A stretch of DNA of 64,000 nt from Mustelus asterias (GCF_964213995.1 NW_027590427.1:124001-188000); one strand, 5' to 3'; counted from the stretch's first letter, positions 34,921 through 49,871 are shown. Notes: generated from the sequence alone by a model not told the origin. A program made the numbers and translations.

Positions 34921-37900
34921 TTTTACAAATATGAAAGAAAAACATGTAAAAACAACACCACGCACCCCGGACATACTCTCTCGCCTTTTTCCATCGCGAT
35001 GATGCAAAAGCTTGAGGACATTTATAAACCGAGTTTAAAACAGTTTCTTTCCTGCTGCATTCAGACTTTTGAATGGACCAACCTCGCATTAAGTTGATCC
35101 TTTTCTACACCCTAGCTATGACTGTAACATTACATTCTATACTCTCTCCCTTTCTTCCCTATGTACATTATGCTCTGTCTATATAGTGAACACGAAACAA
35201 TAACTTTCACTGTGTAGTAATATGTGTGATAATAATAAATCAAATGAAATCAAATAAAATTTATCAAAAATACCGAGGATTACTCCCGGTGAATTGATTG
35301 CTGACACTGGAACATTCCAGAAACAGACTAATACTGAGGCAGTAAGATTGAGATCCATTGTAATGTCTCTGTAAGTCCAAGGGGTGAAATTGCATTTGAT
35401 TATCTGTTATATAAAAGAAACAATTTCATTGTAAATTAAATACCTTCATTTCTGCACCCCTTCACAAGGGAATAGACATAAACAAGGTGACATTATCTTA
35501 TCAGGGTAAAGACGTCAGTCAGATTTGCAATAATTCTGTGTCTCTAACACATTGCAGCAAAATAATAATTCATGAGAGGAATTATTATCGATTTATGTAA
35601 CTACATGCTGGGATGATTGTATTTCAGGTGTGGATAGCTATCCGTGTAATTTGGGACTGGATATAAGCAAAAAGGGAAGCAATGGCTTAGTGTTATTATC
35701 GCTACACAATTAATCCACAAACTCAACTAATGTTCTCAGGATCCGGCTTCGAATCCCGCCACGACAGATGGTGGAATTTAAATTCAGTAAAAACGTCTGG
35801 ACTTAGGAATCTACTTATGACCATGATATCATTGTCGATTGTCTTCAGTAATGTCCTTTAGAGAAGGAAATCTGCAGTCCTTGCCTGGCTGGCCTACATG
35901 TCATTCCAGAGCCACAGCAATGTGGTTGGCTCTCAACTGCCCTCGGACAAGGAGTGGGCAATAAATGCTGACCATCCAGTGGCATCCATGTCCATAGAAT
36001 CCCTACAGAGCAGAAGGAGGCCATTGGGCCCATTCGGCCTGCACCGACAACATTCCCACTGAGGCCCTATCCCCATCACCCCACGTATATTCGCTGCTAA
36101 TTCCCTTGGCATCATGGAAGAATTTATCATCGCCAATCAACCTAAGCGGCACATCTTCGGACCGTGTGAGTAAATAGGCAGACAATTGGAGGACGTGCAG
36201 ACTCCACACAGACAGAGACTCCACGCAGATCCAAACCGGGAATTGAATCCGGGTCCCTTGCGTTGTGCGGCAGCAGTGCTAACAACTATGCCACCGTGCC
36301 GTCCATGAATGAATTGAAAAAAGAAACTCCTCATATGATACAATGTTACACCTCATATTTCCCCAACAGCTCCTTAACCCTGTGAAAATTAACAGTGAAA
36401 GAAACCTGGTTGACTTATAATTAATTGAGTTGACAGAGATACATAAAATTGAAATCGATTTGGACAGAGAAATTAATGAATCAGAACCAACACGGCGATC
36501 AGGAAAGTTCTCCTTCAGCATCCCAATCATTGCAGCTCATTTTATTGACCACCGCTGTCTAACATTCATTCGTCGTGGGAATACAGGATATCAGGACTTT
36601 GCGGCATTTTGCACAATATCACAAGAGTAAATGTTTTATCTTCCACTGAACCAGGTTATGAACTGGTCATTTCTTCACTCATTGGCAGCTATGAGAGGGA
36701 CTGTTAAATAATCGAAATCAGGTTTTGCTGCACAACAGAACATGGTGCCAATCACGTATAATTGACGTTGTCTTTTTAAAGAGGTGTAGAACACTGAGAA
36801 TATTCCAGGAATCCGCGCTGTTCAAGGCAGTTATATGACTTTCTTTTACTTTTAATTATTTTAATTTTGGGCCATTACACTGATCTCGTTGGACTGAGGG
36901 ATTGGGGACATCAAAATCTCTTTCGTGCACTTCATGAAGTTGCTCACAACGTGGATTTAATTGTTGGAACGACATTTATTTGGAAGTTATACAAATGAAA
37001 TAGCACCTAGCCAATTTGCTAGTTTCCGATACTGTTTAATCACATAATGAACAGTGCATTCATTTAAAATATTTGCTGAGAATACCACTTAAAACGTGTC
37101 TTTCTTGTGGGAATCAAACATTTATTATATAACTGGCTAAATCCCATTTTATTCTTACAGATTCACGTTAATCTGTCCCACGCAGTATTTGGCAGCAGTC
37201 CAACCTGCTGCCAAATACCCGAAGATACTTACAGGAAGCATCTGAGGGTGTTTGTTCAGAAACTCAAAGATCTGTTTCCTCAGCACTGAGCGCTTGGCTG
37301 CAAGCCAACTTCAAACTCTTAGCATTGTCAATGGGGCCTATTTATAAACAAATCTGCCCAGCAACAGTACTGGAGGCAAGTTAATTATTGTTTAAGTTGT
37401 AAACCTATATGAATGCTTCCCATTTCTTTGGAAAAGAAAGTTTCCAGCTTCTCTGGCGCCTTGTTAGCAACAATGATGATCTCTCCAACACAACAAAATA
37501 CCGTGAACGATGGATAAAAATAAACACAGGCAGATTGTGAGAGTTGATTCAGAGAGGTGATACATTTTATAATACATAAACATGTATGCTTGTGTTTTAT
37601 TTCACTTTTTTCTTCCATGGGACGTGGGAGTCTCTGGAAAGACCAACATTTGTTTCCTGTGCTTAATTTATTTTGAACTGAGTGGTGTGTTAGGACATTT
37701 CAGAAGGCATTGCCCAGTTACGCATACTGCTGTCCGTCTGGAGTCACACCCTGGTGAGACTAAGTAGGGATGGCAGATTTCCTTGACTGGGGAATCAGAG
37801 TGGTTAATCTGGTCGCTGCAAATATGAATCCAGATTTATTGATTGAATTCAAATTCCACCAGCTGCCATGGTCGGATTTAATCTCGTGTTCACACATCAC

Positions 37901-38975
37901 TGGCCTGGGCCTCTGGATTACTGCTCCACTGGCATTAATATTACGCCACCATCGACACAAGAAATAAATAAATGCTTGTGTTGATGCAGGGGTGAACGAT
38001 AGTTGGATGCCTGAATGTTTTCATCGAGAAATCAGTGAATGGACTGATGGATGTGATGATAGCTGGTCCTGACATTTGTTGTTCCACATACGCACACTTG
38101 TGTTTTACTACTTCAAAAATCGAGGCTGGTCCTTTATTACAATTGTGTCAGTCCACAACCTTTAATCCTTCCAGATTTTCTGGGTGAATTCCATCCCAGG
38201 GATATGCGGAACAAATGAATTGAACGTCACTAAGAGTAGTCTGATTTCCCCCCCCTGCTGATGGTGAATCTCCAAATGCAAGATGGAAAGAGGGAACATG
38301 ATTAGGTTGATGAGGGAAGATTGTAATATTTGGAACATGTGGCCTTCCTAGTGCAACAAAATCACTCAACAGATCATCACCCAATTTAGTGAAGATAATA
38401 CGCTAAAAAATAAACGATGTGGCAACTACAATATTGTGAAACTCACTGGAGAGCTTGAAGTTTTAAATTACTTGCCAGAACTTTTAAAAATGAATCGGGA
38501 TTTTAAGCGTCTATTAATTCACATTAGATACAGATACTTTCAGTTCTACAGTCATTTTTAAAATGGTCACACACTCCAGTTATATATCAGGAGTTTCTGT
38601 GTGATGATGAGGTCATTACTTGTTAATAAAGCGCAGAGGCTGCTGGGTAGCTGCTACTATTTGGCTGATTTAATTCAATTTCCCGCTGAATTCTGGGGCA
38701 GATTTGTTTCTTTCGTGACAGAAAGGCCAATGTTATCTCAATACATTTGAATCTGCAGTTTCATAAACTGCAATTATATTTGCATCAAATAAAATACTGA
38801 CAATAATTGGTGAAATATTAATTTATTTTTGTGAATTGAAGGTTATTGGTAATATTGACGCCAGGCAATGATCATCTCCAAAAAGGGAGAACCTACCCAT
38901 TGCCCCTTGTCACTCAATGATATTATGATACTGAATCACCCACTATAAACATCGGCGGGGTTACCATTGGCTAAT

Positions 38976-39816
38976 AAGAACATAAGAACATAAGAAATAG
39001 GAGCAGGAGTAGGCCATCTAGCCCCTCGAGCCTGCCCCGCCATTCAATAAGACCATGGCTGATCTGATAGTGGTTTAGTTCCACTTACCCGCCCGCTCCC
39101 CATAACCCTTAATTCCCTTATTGATCAGAGATCTATCTACCTGTGACTTCAACATATTTAACGAGGTAGCCTCCACTGCTTCAATGGGCAGAGAATTCCA
39201 GAGATTCACTACCCTCTGAGAAAAGAAGTTCCCCCTCAACTCTGTTCTAAACTGACTCCCCCTTATTTTGAGACTGTGTCCTCTAGTTCTTGTTTCCTTT
39301 CTAAGTGGAAAGAATCTCTCTGCCTCTACCCTGTCTAGCCACTTCATTATCTTATATGTCTCTATAAGATCTCCCCTCAGCCTTCTAAACTCCAACGAGT
39401 ACAGGCCCGATCTACACAATCTCTCCTCATAAGCTAACCCCCTCATCTCTGGTATCAACCTGGTCAACCTTCTCTGTACTCCCTCCAAAGCCAATATATC
39501 CTTCCGCAAATAAAGGGACCAAAATTGCACACAGTACTCTAGTTGCAGCCTCACCAGTACCTTGTACAATTTCAGCAAGACCTCTCTGCTTTTATACTCC
39601 ATCCCCTTCGCGATAAAGGCCAACATTCCATTTGCCTTCTTGATCACCTGCTGCACCTGCAAATTGAGTTTTTGCGATTCATGCACAAGGACCGACCCCC
39701 AGGTCCCTCTGCACAGTAGCATGTTGTAATTTTTCACCATATAAATAATAGTCCATTTTACTATTATTCCTTCCAAAGCGGATAACCTCACACTTGTCAA
39801 CGTTATACTCCATCTG
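38976..39816 (-). mobile_element. CR1 3' fragment (same subfamily as 6437-6853), private to duplicate copy 1
   Basis: ORF 39075-39800; empty site in the paralog at ~57030. Confidence 0.9.
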
Positions 39817-42800
39817 CTGCATTATAATCGCTGCATTAACTAGGTATATAAATGCTCCGGCTAGAATATCAGGTCAGCCTGCTGTGAGTAACCCACCTCC
39901 TGACTCCCCAAACCTGTGCACCACCTACACGACACAAGTTAGGAGAGTAAAAGGGTTCTCTCCACTTGCTTGAGTAAGTGCAGCTCAAACAGTATTCAAG
40001 AATCTTCATACCATTCAGGACAAAGCAGCCGGCTGGACTGGCACAGCATTTGCAAATGCTCAGTCCCTCCACCACAGAGAGCAGCATTATGTACCATCTA
40101 CAAGTTTCACTTCCGAAACTCACCGAAACTCCTTACGCAACACCTTCCAACCACACGACACCTACCATCTGGAAGGACAGGGGTAACAATTACCAGGGAA
40201 TATCACCTATAAATTCCCCTCCAAGTCAGTCATATACCTGACTTGGAAATATATCGTCCTTCCTTCACTATCGCTGGATCGAAATCCTAGACGTCCCTCT
40301 GCAACAGCACAGTGTGGGTACCAGCACCACCGGTTCTGCAGCAATTCAAGAAGGTAGCTCACCACCAGCTCACTAAGGGCAATTAGGTATAGGCAACAAA
40401 TACTGACTGAGCCAGCGACGCACGTATCCATTAAATTAAAACTTAAACAATTAATGTTTATGAATGGATGATAACTTATGAACAAAATTGTGTAACTTTG
40501 TGAATGGATGGCAATTGGTGAAAATGAATACCAACTTTCTGAACATTTATGACCTTCTCTTTCTCTGCCAGAAGATAGGTTCCGTTCCACAGGAGACTCA
40601 TAATTCAAAAGCATCACACTATCCGAAGACAAGGTCGACAGAAGAGGCGGCAACATCTGCAGCTGTATCTCAATCATAGCATCACGGGAAAGGCCTTTGA
40701 TAGGATGACAATTTTGTTACTCATCTGCTTGAAGACCGGGATTAACCTGAAGCACAGTGTTGTGTTGGTGTTGGAAGATATACGTATCATAACCATACCT
40801 TCCTGAATCTAAATAAGACATTCGACACTAGCATCAGAGCAGAGACTACAAGATTTGGGGGAACTAGGCTCTCCAACAAAAATTCCTCGGTCTTATTCAT
40901 GACACAGAAAACGACAATATACAACCACAACTAATAGCTTCATGGGCAACACTTGCCGTTGAATCAACCTCTCAAAAATTGCCCATCGAGTCTGCACCGA
41001 GTCTCTGACAGAGTATCTGAGCCAAACCCTTTCCCCTACCCATTCCCCATAGCCCCACACATTTACCATGACCAATCCACCTAATCTGAACATCTTTGGA
41101 TACTAAGGGGCAATTTAGCATGGCCATTAGAATGTATTCCATACTTATTAGTTGAATTCAAATTCCATCAGCTGCAATGCTCCGATTTAAATCCCTGTCC
41201 CCACGTCATTGTCCTGGGCCTCTGGATCACTGGGCCAATTAAATTGATATTACGTCACCATCTGCGCAAACAATAAATGAATGCCTGTCTTGATGCAGGA
41301 ATGAATGACAGTTGAATGAATGATAGTTGGATGAATGACAGTTGGATGCCTGAGTATTTTGATTGAGGAACCAGTGAATGGATTGATAGATGCATTGTTA
41401 AATGGTACTGAAATATGTTGTTCTACATTCCCATATTTGTACTTCACTGGTCCATAAATTGAAACAGCTCCTTTATCCCATTTCTGTCAGTCTAATAACG
41501 TCAATATTTCCAGAGGTTCGGGGAGAAATCCAACCCTAGTTTCGAGGGAGCTAGCAAGCTGATCCTCACGAAAAGAAGAGGGGATTTTCCTACGGCACGG
41601 ATGGTTCATTTCTCTGCTGATGCTGAATATTCATATCCAAGATCGAAAGAGGGAACATGATTTGGCTGAGGATGGAGGTTTGTAATATTTGAAACATGTG
41701 CAGCAAATCACTCACCATGCCCTCACCCAAATAAATGAAGGTAACAGGCTGTAAAATAAATAATGTGACAACAGATATATTGTGAAACTCACTGGATAAC
41801 TACAAGTGTTACATTATTTCCCAAAACTGTGTAATAATGAATCGGGATTTAAAGATTCAGTAAAATCATATTTGGTGCAGGTAGTTTAATTTGTATGATT
41901 ACTTTGGAAATCATCGCACCAGTTATGATTCAGGAGTTTAAAGCGCAGAGTCTGCTGGGTAGCTACTCATGATCCTCGGTCTGTATTCATTCAATTTCCA
42001 ACTGAATTCTGGGACAGATTTTATCCTTGGTGACAAAAAGGTGTCAATAAATGTTAATATCAATAAATTATTCAAAGCAAAGTTGTTTAGAAGGAAATAC
42101 TGGAAACAAACAGAAAATGCTGGAAAATCTCAGCAGGTCTGACAGCATCTGTGGAGACAGAATAGAGCCAACGTTTCGAGTTTGGATGACGCTTCGGCAG
42201 AGTATTCCTGATGCGTTGGAGAGATCATCATTGTTTCGAACAAGGTGTCGGAGAAGCTGCATAACTTTCCTGTGAAATGGGAATAGTTCGAATAGATACT
42301 GTTTAATTATATGCACTATTTCGAGCCACACACAAGTTGCATCAATTTACATACCGATCCCAAAAATCATCAACTTCTCCATGCTAACTAACCTAATCAA
42401 CATCTCAATCGCTAACTATATCCTAATCCCTTTCCACCTCATCATTTCCCAATGTCATCACTCTCTTCAATTTCCCCCAAATAAAAAAAAAGGGTCATCC
42501 CGACTCGAAACTTTGACTCTGTTCTCTTTCCACAGATGCGATCAGACCTGTGGAGATTTTCGGAATTTATTGCTTTTGTTTCAGTTTCTAGAATCCGCAG
42601 TATTTTCCATTTATCAGAATGCTGAATATAATTGGTGAAATAATTGTTTATCTGTATGAATTGATGTTAATTGGTGAATTGGAACAACCCCGCCTGGATA
42701 TTCCCCTCCAAGACGCTTATAAACCTGACTTGGACATATATTACCGCTCCTTTACTGTCGCTGGGTCGGAATCCAGGAGAACCCTTCCTAACAGCACTGT

Positions 42801-45800
42801 GGGTGTACCTACACTGCAGATTGTGCAGCGGTTCAAGAAGACGGCTAACCATCAGCTTACCGAATGCAATTAGCAATGTGAAATAAATTATAGCTTAGAC
42901 AGTCGCCCACCTTGCATAAAGTAATTTTAAATAGACTAACCTTTGTGAATGAATGAGAATTGGTGAATGCATTTATTAAATTGCGAATGGGTGGTCATTG
43001 GTGAAAATAATTACTATCTTTCTGAACATTTATGACATTCTCCTTATTTGCTGGAAGATTTGAGGTTTGTAGTTTATTTATTAATGTCACAAGTAGGCTT
43101 ACATTAACACTGCAATGAAGTCACTGTAAAACCCCTGAGTCGCCACACTGTAGCGTCTGTTCGGGTACACTGAGGGAGAATTTATTCTGGCCAGCGCACA
43201 TTACCAGCATGCCTTTTCGGACTGTGCAGGAAACTGGACCACCCAGAAGGAATCCACGCATAAACGGGGAGAAAGTACAGACTCCACACAGACACTGACC
43301 CAAGCCGGAACCAAACCAGTGGCCCTGGCACTGTGAGGCAACAGAGCTAACCACTGTGCCACCATGGCACCCATCATTCCATAAGACAGGCATGATTCAA
43401 ATTCATCACACTTTTTGCAAAGTAAACCGATGGAAGAGACTGTTGCAACTACCGACATATCTCAGTCATAACATCACGGGTAAGATCTTTGCTGGGGTCA
43501 CACTTGAAGTACATCATCTGCTTGCAGACCGGGTGTTCCTGATGTGCAGTGTAGTGACTGTGTTGGAACATTTACTCCAGCCAACAACTTCTCCATGTTC
43601 CATATATGTCCATATCTTTAACGTACTGCGGCCAATCTCGCGAAGACATTCAACACCGTCAGCAGGGCAAGGAATACAGGATTTTGGTGATAACTGGCTC
43701 TACACCAAAGCTCCTAATATCCATTCATGATACAAAAACGATAACACACAATGACAAATGGTAGCTTAATGGGCAGCACTTGTGGCAGAACTAACTTTTC
43801 AAAAATTGGCCTCCTCAATCATTAGAAAAGGTGACATATGTAAAGGAAGCCAATCTGAATTGGATGTGTTTATTGTGTGTCCATCATGTAGTGTAAATGG
43901 AAGGATGCAAGTGATCATTGTGGAATTAATTTGTATAAAACACGATGTATTTCACACAACACACACACACACCAAGATGCTCAATTTGGGTCCCGCACGG
44001 AGCACTCGATTCCAGAAATGATTTGGAAAGAGTCCAAATATAGATTTAAAAACATAAATTAAAAAGGTGAATAGAGAGTGCCTGCCCTTGACATCGACAC
44101 AGCGTCTGACCGTTTGTGGCATCAAGGAGCCCGAGCGAAACTGCAGTCAATGGGAATCAGGGGGAACAGACTCCACTGCCTGAGTCACGCTGAGCACAAA
44201 GGAAGATGGTTGTTGATGGTCAATCATGCCAGTCACACGCATTGCTGCAGGATTTCTTCAGGGTAGTGACCTAGCCCCAAGCTTCAGCCTTCATCAAAGT
44301 TCAGAAGTGGGATTTTCACAGGTGATTGCACAAAGTTCCGCACCAGTTGCGACTCCTCAGTTACTGACACAGTCTGTGCCCATATGCAGTAAGACTTAGA
44401 AAACATTCAGTCTTTGGATAATGAATGGCAAGGAACATTAATGCACCACAAGTGGCAGGCAATGACAGTCTCCAATGAGGGAGATTCCAAACCACTCCCC
44501 ATGACATTAAATGGCATTACCCATCGCTGAATTCGCCCATTATCAACATCCTGGGAATTATAATTCGTGAAAATTTGAACGAAGACAGACGTTTAAATCA
44601 TGTGGCCACAGGAGCAGGTCAGACGCTCGGAGTTCTGCAGTGAACAACGCACCTCCTGAATTCCAAACTCCTATCCATCATCTACAAGGCAAAAGACAGG
44701 AGTATGAACAAATATCACAGAACAGTAAAGCACAGGAACAGGCCCTTCGGCCCACCAAATATGTGCCGACACAAATGATTGAATATTCTCTACTTGCCTG
44801 ACTTGTGCCACTCAAAAGCTCAATGTCATTCTGGAGAAAGTAGCTGGCTCGAAGAACACCCCACCCACCAGCTTCCCAAAGCCTGCCGCCATATTCTCAA
44901 AGGAAATCATGGTTTGACAACAAAAGCTGACTTTCCCAGTGACATCAAATCACATGAAACAATTTTAAACATACCATATCTCTGCCTATATTCAGCTAGC
45001 TTCTGCGTCTGTCTATATTACAGTAGGCTGCGCCTGGATCAGATTCCAGGAGGTCATGTCTAAGCTATTTCCTACACTTGGCTCAATATCAGGTGTTCAT
45101 ATATGAGACACAGGCCCTGTTTATATTATAATTTCTAAGTTATGGCTGTACTGAGCCATGCTTCTGCTGATCTGACAAGAGGCCGTGTCTCAATTCTTAC
45201 TGCCTCAGAACATTTGCCACTGCATACTAAACTGGAGCAACTGCTTCATACATGACACATGTATCTGTCACAGTTATTATGCTAATAGTTCATTAGATTT
45301 TGATAAACTCGATCCTGTTTGCGTCAATGCTGCACCAGTCCATGTATTTATTTATTTAAGACTATGTCACGTCTCAGCTATAATTGCATTTTGCAATACC
45401 TCCTAATTGCTGCATTGTCCGTATCTCAGTGTATATCAGTCTAGGCCCTGTACCAGTAATTATTACAAATAAACTGGGCTCTGTCTCAGTTTACATCAGT
45501 CTAGGTACTGTATCAGTAATCATTACTAATACACTGGACTCTGTCTCAGTTTACATCTGTCACTGTCCTGTATCTATTAGTAATTATTACTAATGCACTT
45601 GACTCCGTCTCACTCTAAAGAAATTTAGGTCCTGTATCATTAATTACTGGGCTCTGTCTCAGTTTATATGCATAAGCTCCTATGTCCAGTAAAACTGCAC
45701 TGGACACTGTCTCAGTTTTATTTTCCTCGACATTGTCATATATATTTGTAATGTTTGTTTCATGGGATGTGGGTGTCACTGAAAAGATCAGCATTTGGCC

Positions 45801-48800
45801 TTTGACCATCCCCACATGGCACTCGGAAAGAAACCCATTTCTATTTTGCTGGATCAGGACCCAGTTTATGTTAAATTAGAGTCTGTCTCTGTTAATACAC
45901 TGCTAGACTAGAAATCAGTTTATATTGCACGAGCCACACTCTCTGGTTCCGTAATATTTGATCCTGACCCTGTACATATTTCACTAGACTGTGTTAGTGT
46001 TATGCCTGCACTTAATGTTGCCTCTATTTGAATGATGTCTGCATTTCTCCGCGGTTCTACGAGAAGAAGAGATATTATGTTGGATGAAAAACAGTGGTCT
46101 CTGGCAGGATTCTGAAACAGGCAGTATTGGATCGACAGTATTTGGTCGGTGCGGGCTTCCAGTGCCGAAGGGCCTGTTCCTCTGCAGTAATTTTCTTGTT
46201 CTTTGTTCTGTGTTGACAGTGCATGCTATACAGGTCTTAGTAACCATTTTCAATGCAGTCAGCAGAAGTAGATTTCAGATAACACTGCTTCTTTTCCTTG
46301 TTTAAGAGGATGCAGAGAATTGTGTCCCCCTAAACACTTTCCTCATTACTGGCGTTGTCCAGTGCAGTAAAAACTGAGACCATGTCCAATGCAATATAAA
46401 CGTGGATAGGGTCAAGTGCAGAAATAAGACTCCATCTAGTTTAATACAAACAGACAGGTCTAAATTAATACAAACCGATACACCGTCTAGTTTGATATAA
46501 ACTGAAACATGTTGATGCATAATATAAACAGGGACAAGGTCTAATTTAGTATAGTCAGAGAAAGCATCTCGTTTAATATGTGAAGAGATAGGGTCTCGTG
46601 CAGCATAAACCGAGGCATGACCTTATATAATAGAAGCTGACACAGGGTAAATTGACTGTCTAATAAAGAGACTGGTTCAATCTCCATGAAATTTGGAGAG
46701 ACGGCCTACTGCCCCTTCAAAAATTCACAGGACAGGAGTAATATGGGGTTAACAGTAAAGTTCCCCCATGCATTGCCAAATTTAACACTCCCAAGTCAGG
46801 AATAGCATGATTTAGATACAAAGTGAACCTCCCTCTCACTATCAAAATAAAACATCCCTGGAAAAGGGAGACTGTCTAGAAACAGAGTGAAACTCCCTCT
46901 ACAAAGTCTGCTCAAATACAATGAAGGCATACAGACCAGGGATTCTCTTCTTGGTAAAACAACTTCTGCATTTTTCCTTCAGAGAATCGGGAGGCACGTT
47001 TGAATTGGTGTTCGGTAGAAGGGGAAGATCCCTCGACACAGTCCCATAAAATACACCCAAGTCAGGTACAGCAGAGATTAGATACGGATTAAATCTCCCT
47101 TTACAAGTAATATCAAACATTCAAAGGGCAGGTACGTGAGTTTAGATGCAGGTTAAATATTCCTCTACACTGTCCAGTCAAACAGTCCAAGGGCAGGGAT
47201 AAATACAGGGAAAATTTCTTTGGTACTGCCACATCGAATCCTTGTTACGAGGTACAACACAGATTAGATACAGAGGGAAATGTATAAAATATCCCAAGAT
47301 AATAGAATGCTCAAGAGATCTTTTAGAGTAAATCTCCCTCATGGATTCCAATTCATTGCGTTGCATTCCTTACTACTCTGGCTGAGAGAATACATTGGGC
47401 AACATTGAATTCAGATTGTGGAGTGAAGACGCTGAACTATCGTGAAGAGACAAGACTTAGAACCAGAAGGAGAAAGACAGAGAGAGAGATGAAACACAGG
47501 GAATTTCCATGAACACATTTGCCGTGTTATCACATTTCGGGATCAGAGGATTTTTTGCTAATTCTTAACATAGGTATTGTCGTGATATTATTTCTTCATA
47601 TAATTGATGAATAACTAATGTATAAAAACAATCATTTCTGGAATCCGTTGATCAATTTGCATGTTTGTCTCTATTTCTGTGCTGCGCTGGTGGGGAAATA
47701 TTTGTTGTCTCTTTGTCAGTCAACAATCTAACCTGGGATTTCTATTTCTGTGTTTATTTACATAAGCACCTCACTGTTTACAATGAAATGTTCATGGCAG
47801 CAAAAACAGATAAACCGTCATTTATTCATTCGTTTCAACTCAAAATAGCGGTTATTTTAAGAATATTAACAGTTGGTTCAAAATGAATAGAAACCTTTTT
47901 AACATACATTACACCAGATGCTATTTAATTAAATGAATAAATACATTCTATTTAAGAATTTGTTCTGAAAATTCTGATGTCACAATAAATAAAGTATCTG
48001 TGAGCAGGCTGGTATTCCACTGAATGTTAATTTGATTGATGATCTAAATTGCTTCAACTAGACAAGTTAAAACAAAGAGAACTGATGCGTGAAATATTCC
48101 TGTCATAATTAGTGATCAGACTCACACGAGGGAAGAATAAAAAAATCCAGTGTGGTTATCACTAAGTGATACAAGTAGCATTGCAGCCTCACAGTGACAG
48201 GGAAGCGGGTTCGATTCCAACCTTGGGTGACTGTGTGTGGTTTTTCACATTCTACCATGTCCATGTGAGTTTCCTCCGGTGCTCCGATTTCCTTCCACAG
48301 TCCAAGGATGTACGGGTTAGGTGGATTGGTACGATAAATTGCTCCTTTGAGTCCAAGGATGAGCAACGTAGAATCACAAAATCCCTACAGTGCAGAATGA
48401 GACAATCGCTTTATCAAGTCTGCACCAGCTGTCCAGCAGGGCATCATTCCCAGGCCCAAGGTGGATTGGCGATTCTAAATTGCCCCTTAGTGTGCAACGA
48501 TGTGTAGGTTAGAGACATTAGCCTCTGAATATGTGAGGTTGTCGGGATAGGGTGAAGGCTGGGCCTGGATAGGATGCTCTGCTGGAGAGCAGCTGCAGAC
48601 TTGATGGACCGAATGGCCTCCCACTGCACTGCACTGGATTCGATGATTCGATGCTGCTATGATCAGCAGAGGAATGAATATATTCGCATTAATCTCTCAG
48701 CACTTCCAACGTATTACAACTTTCATTTTGGTAGAGCTTACATTTATAGAACCCTTTACCCGACTTCATGTAGTCCCAAAGTTCTTAAAACTCACTAATG

Positions 48801-49344
48801 TACCTTTGCTGAATTTAGTCACTGCTATCATGTTGCAAATACAACAGGTAATGTACGTACAACAAACTCCCACAAACCGAGATGTGATAAATTGCCAGTA
48901 AATTTGTGATTTTGTTTGAAGAATCAGTATTAAGGTAGGATATTGGGGAGAACAGCCTTGCTCTTTCGAATATATCAATGAGATTTTGCATCCTGGCATC
49001 GATTTTAAATGTGAATCTGGTTCTCTATCTGCTGATGTACACTGACCTGCTGAGTAGCATTTGTGTTACTTTAGTTTTAGATTTCCAGAATCGGCAGCAC
49101 TTTACACTGTTGTTATTGATCCTCTGGATGTGAGCATCACTGACAAAGCCAACATTTAGTTGTCCCTGCTGAGAAGGCTGTTGTGAACCACCTTGTTGAA
49201 ACCTGCCCTCTGGATGATTTTATTATTTGTTTTTCCATAGCAGCTTTGATACAGCTGACTGGCCTGCTCGGCAATTTCAGTAGTGGCTAAGAGTCATTTT
49301 CATCATAGTGGAATTGGAGTCTATGCAGAACAGACAGGGTAAAG

Positions 49345-49871
49345 ATAGGAATCTTCGGTTTTCAGTTATTTCCAAAGAGACGATGTCGTTTGAAGTATAA
49401 AAGCAAATTACTACGGATTCTGGAATTGAAACCAAAAGAGATATTGCTGGAAAATCTCAGCAGGCCTGGCAATATCTGGGAGGAGAGAAAATAGCTGCCA
49501 TTTCGAATCCAGATGACCTTTTGACAAAGCTTTGACAAAAGGGTCACCTGGAATCGAAAAGTCAGCTCTTCTCTCTCCTTACACGTGCTGCCAGACTTGA
49601 TGAGATTTTCCAGCATTTTCTCTTGACGTTGTTTGTAGTGTCTTTTGTAGGAGTCAATTGATTCTGAATCCTGGGGCGGAGGAATTGTGGCTTGATCCAC
49701 GACTATCGTCATGAAGAAGACACTGTGAACACTGTTCAGGGACCTGTCGGACTCAGACCATCCAGTTACTGCCAACATTGAATATGTTGGCTTTGCAGGT
49801 CAGTCTCAAAGAGTTTCTGGGGCGCCCACTTTCTGCCTCTCGCTGACTCAACATAACCTCCGATTCGACAC
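49345..49871 (-). pseudogene. VH pseudogene 2: VESEVMLSQREAESGRPRNSLRLTCKANIFNVGSNWMV*VRQVP..., interrupted in FR3 by an insertion (~49400-49625)
   Basis: Homologous to the functional VH from FR1 to near KTED; Trp changed to stop, acceptor lost, no YYC or RSS. Confidence 0.88.
49400..49625. mobile_element. Inverted pair of a second short (probably Penelope-derived) repeat; related inverted pairs at ~27880-28405 and ~42100-42612
   Basis: TGCTGGAAAATCTCAGCAGG...GATGACC arm and its reverse complement, centred on CAAAGCTTTG. Confidence 0.6.

Larger units (their letters stand above)
26835..40980. repeat. Segmental duplication copy 1 (VH 5' flank + pseudo-V1 + its flank)
   Basis: Colinear with 41125-58440, e.g. 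26835~41125, 33460~47640, 35220~50170, 40890~58355. Confidence 0.88.

Noticed and set aside
48185-48230. Extra RSS heptamers (CACAGTG) here and in other SINE heads, e.g. ~63758
   Set aside because: They lie inside SINEs and lack a nonamer at 12/23 spacing
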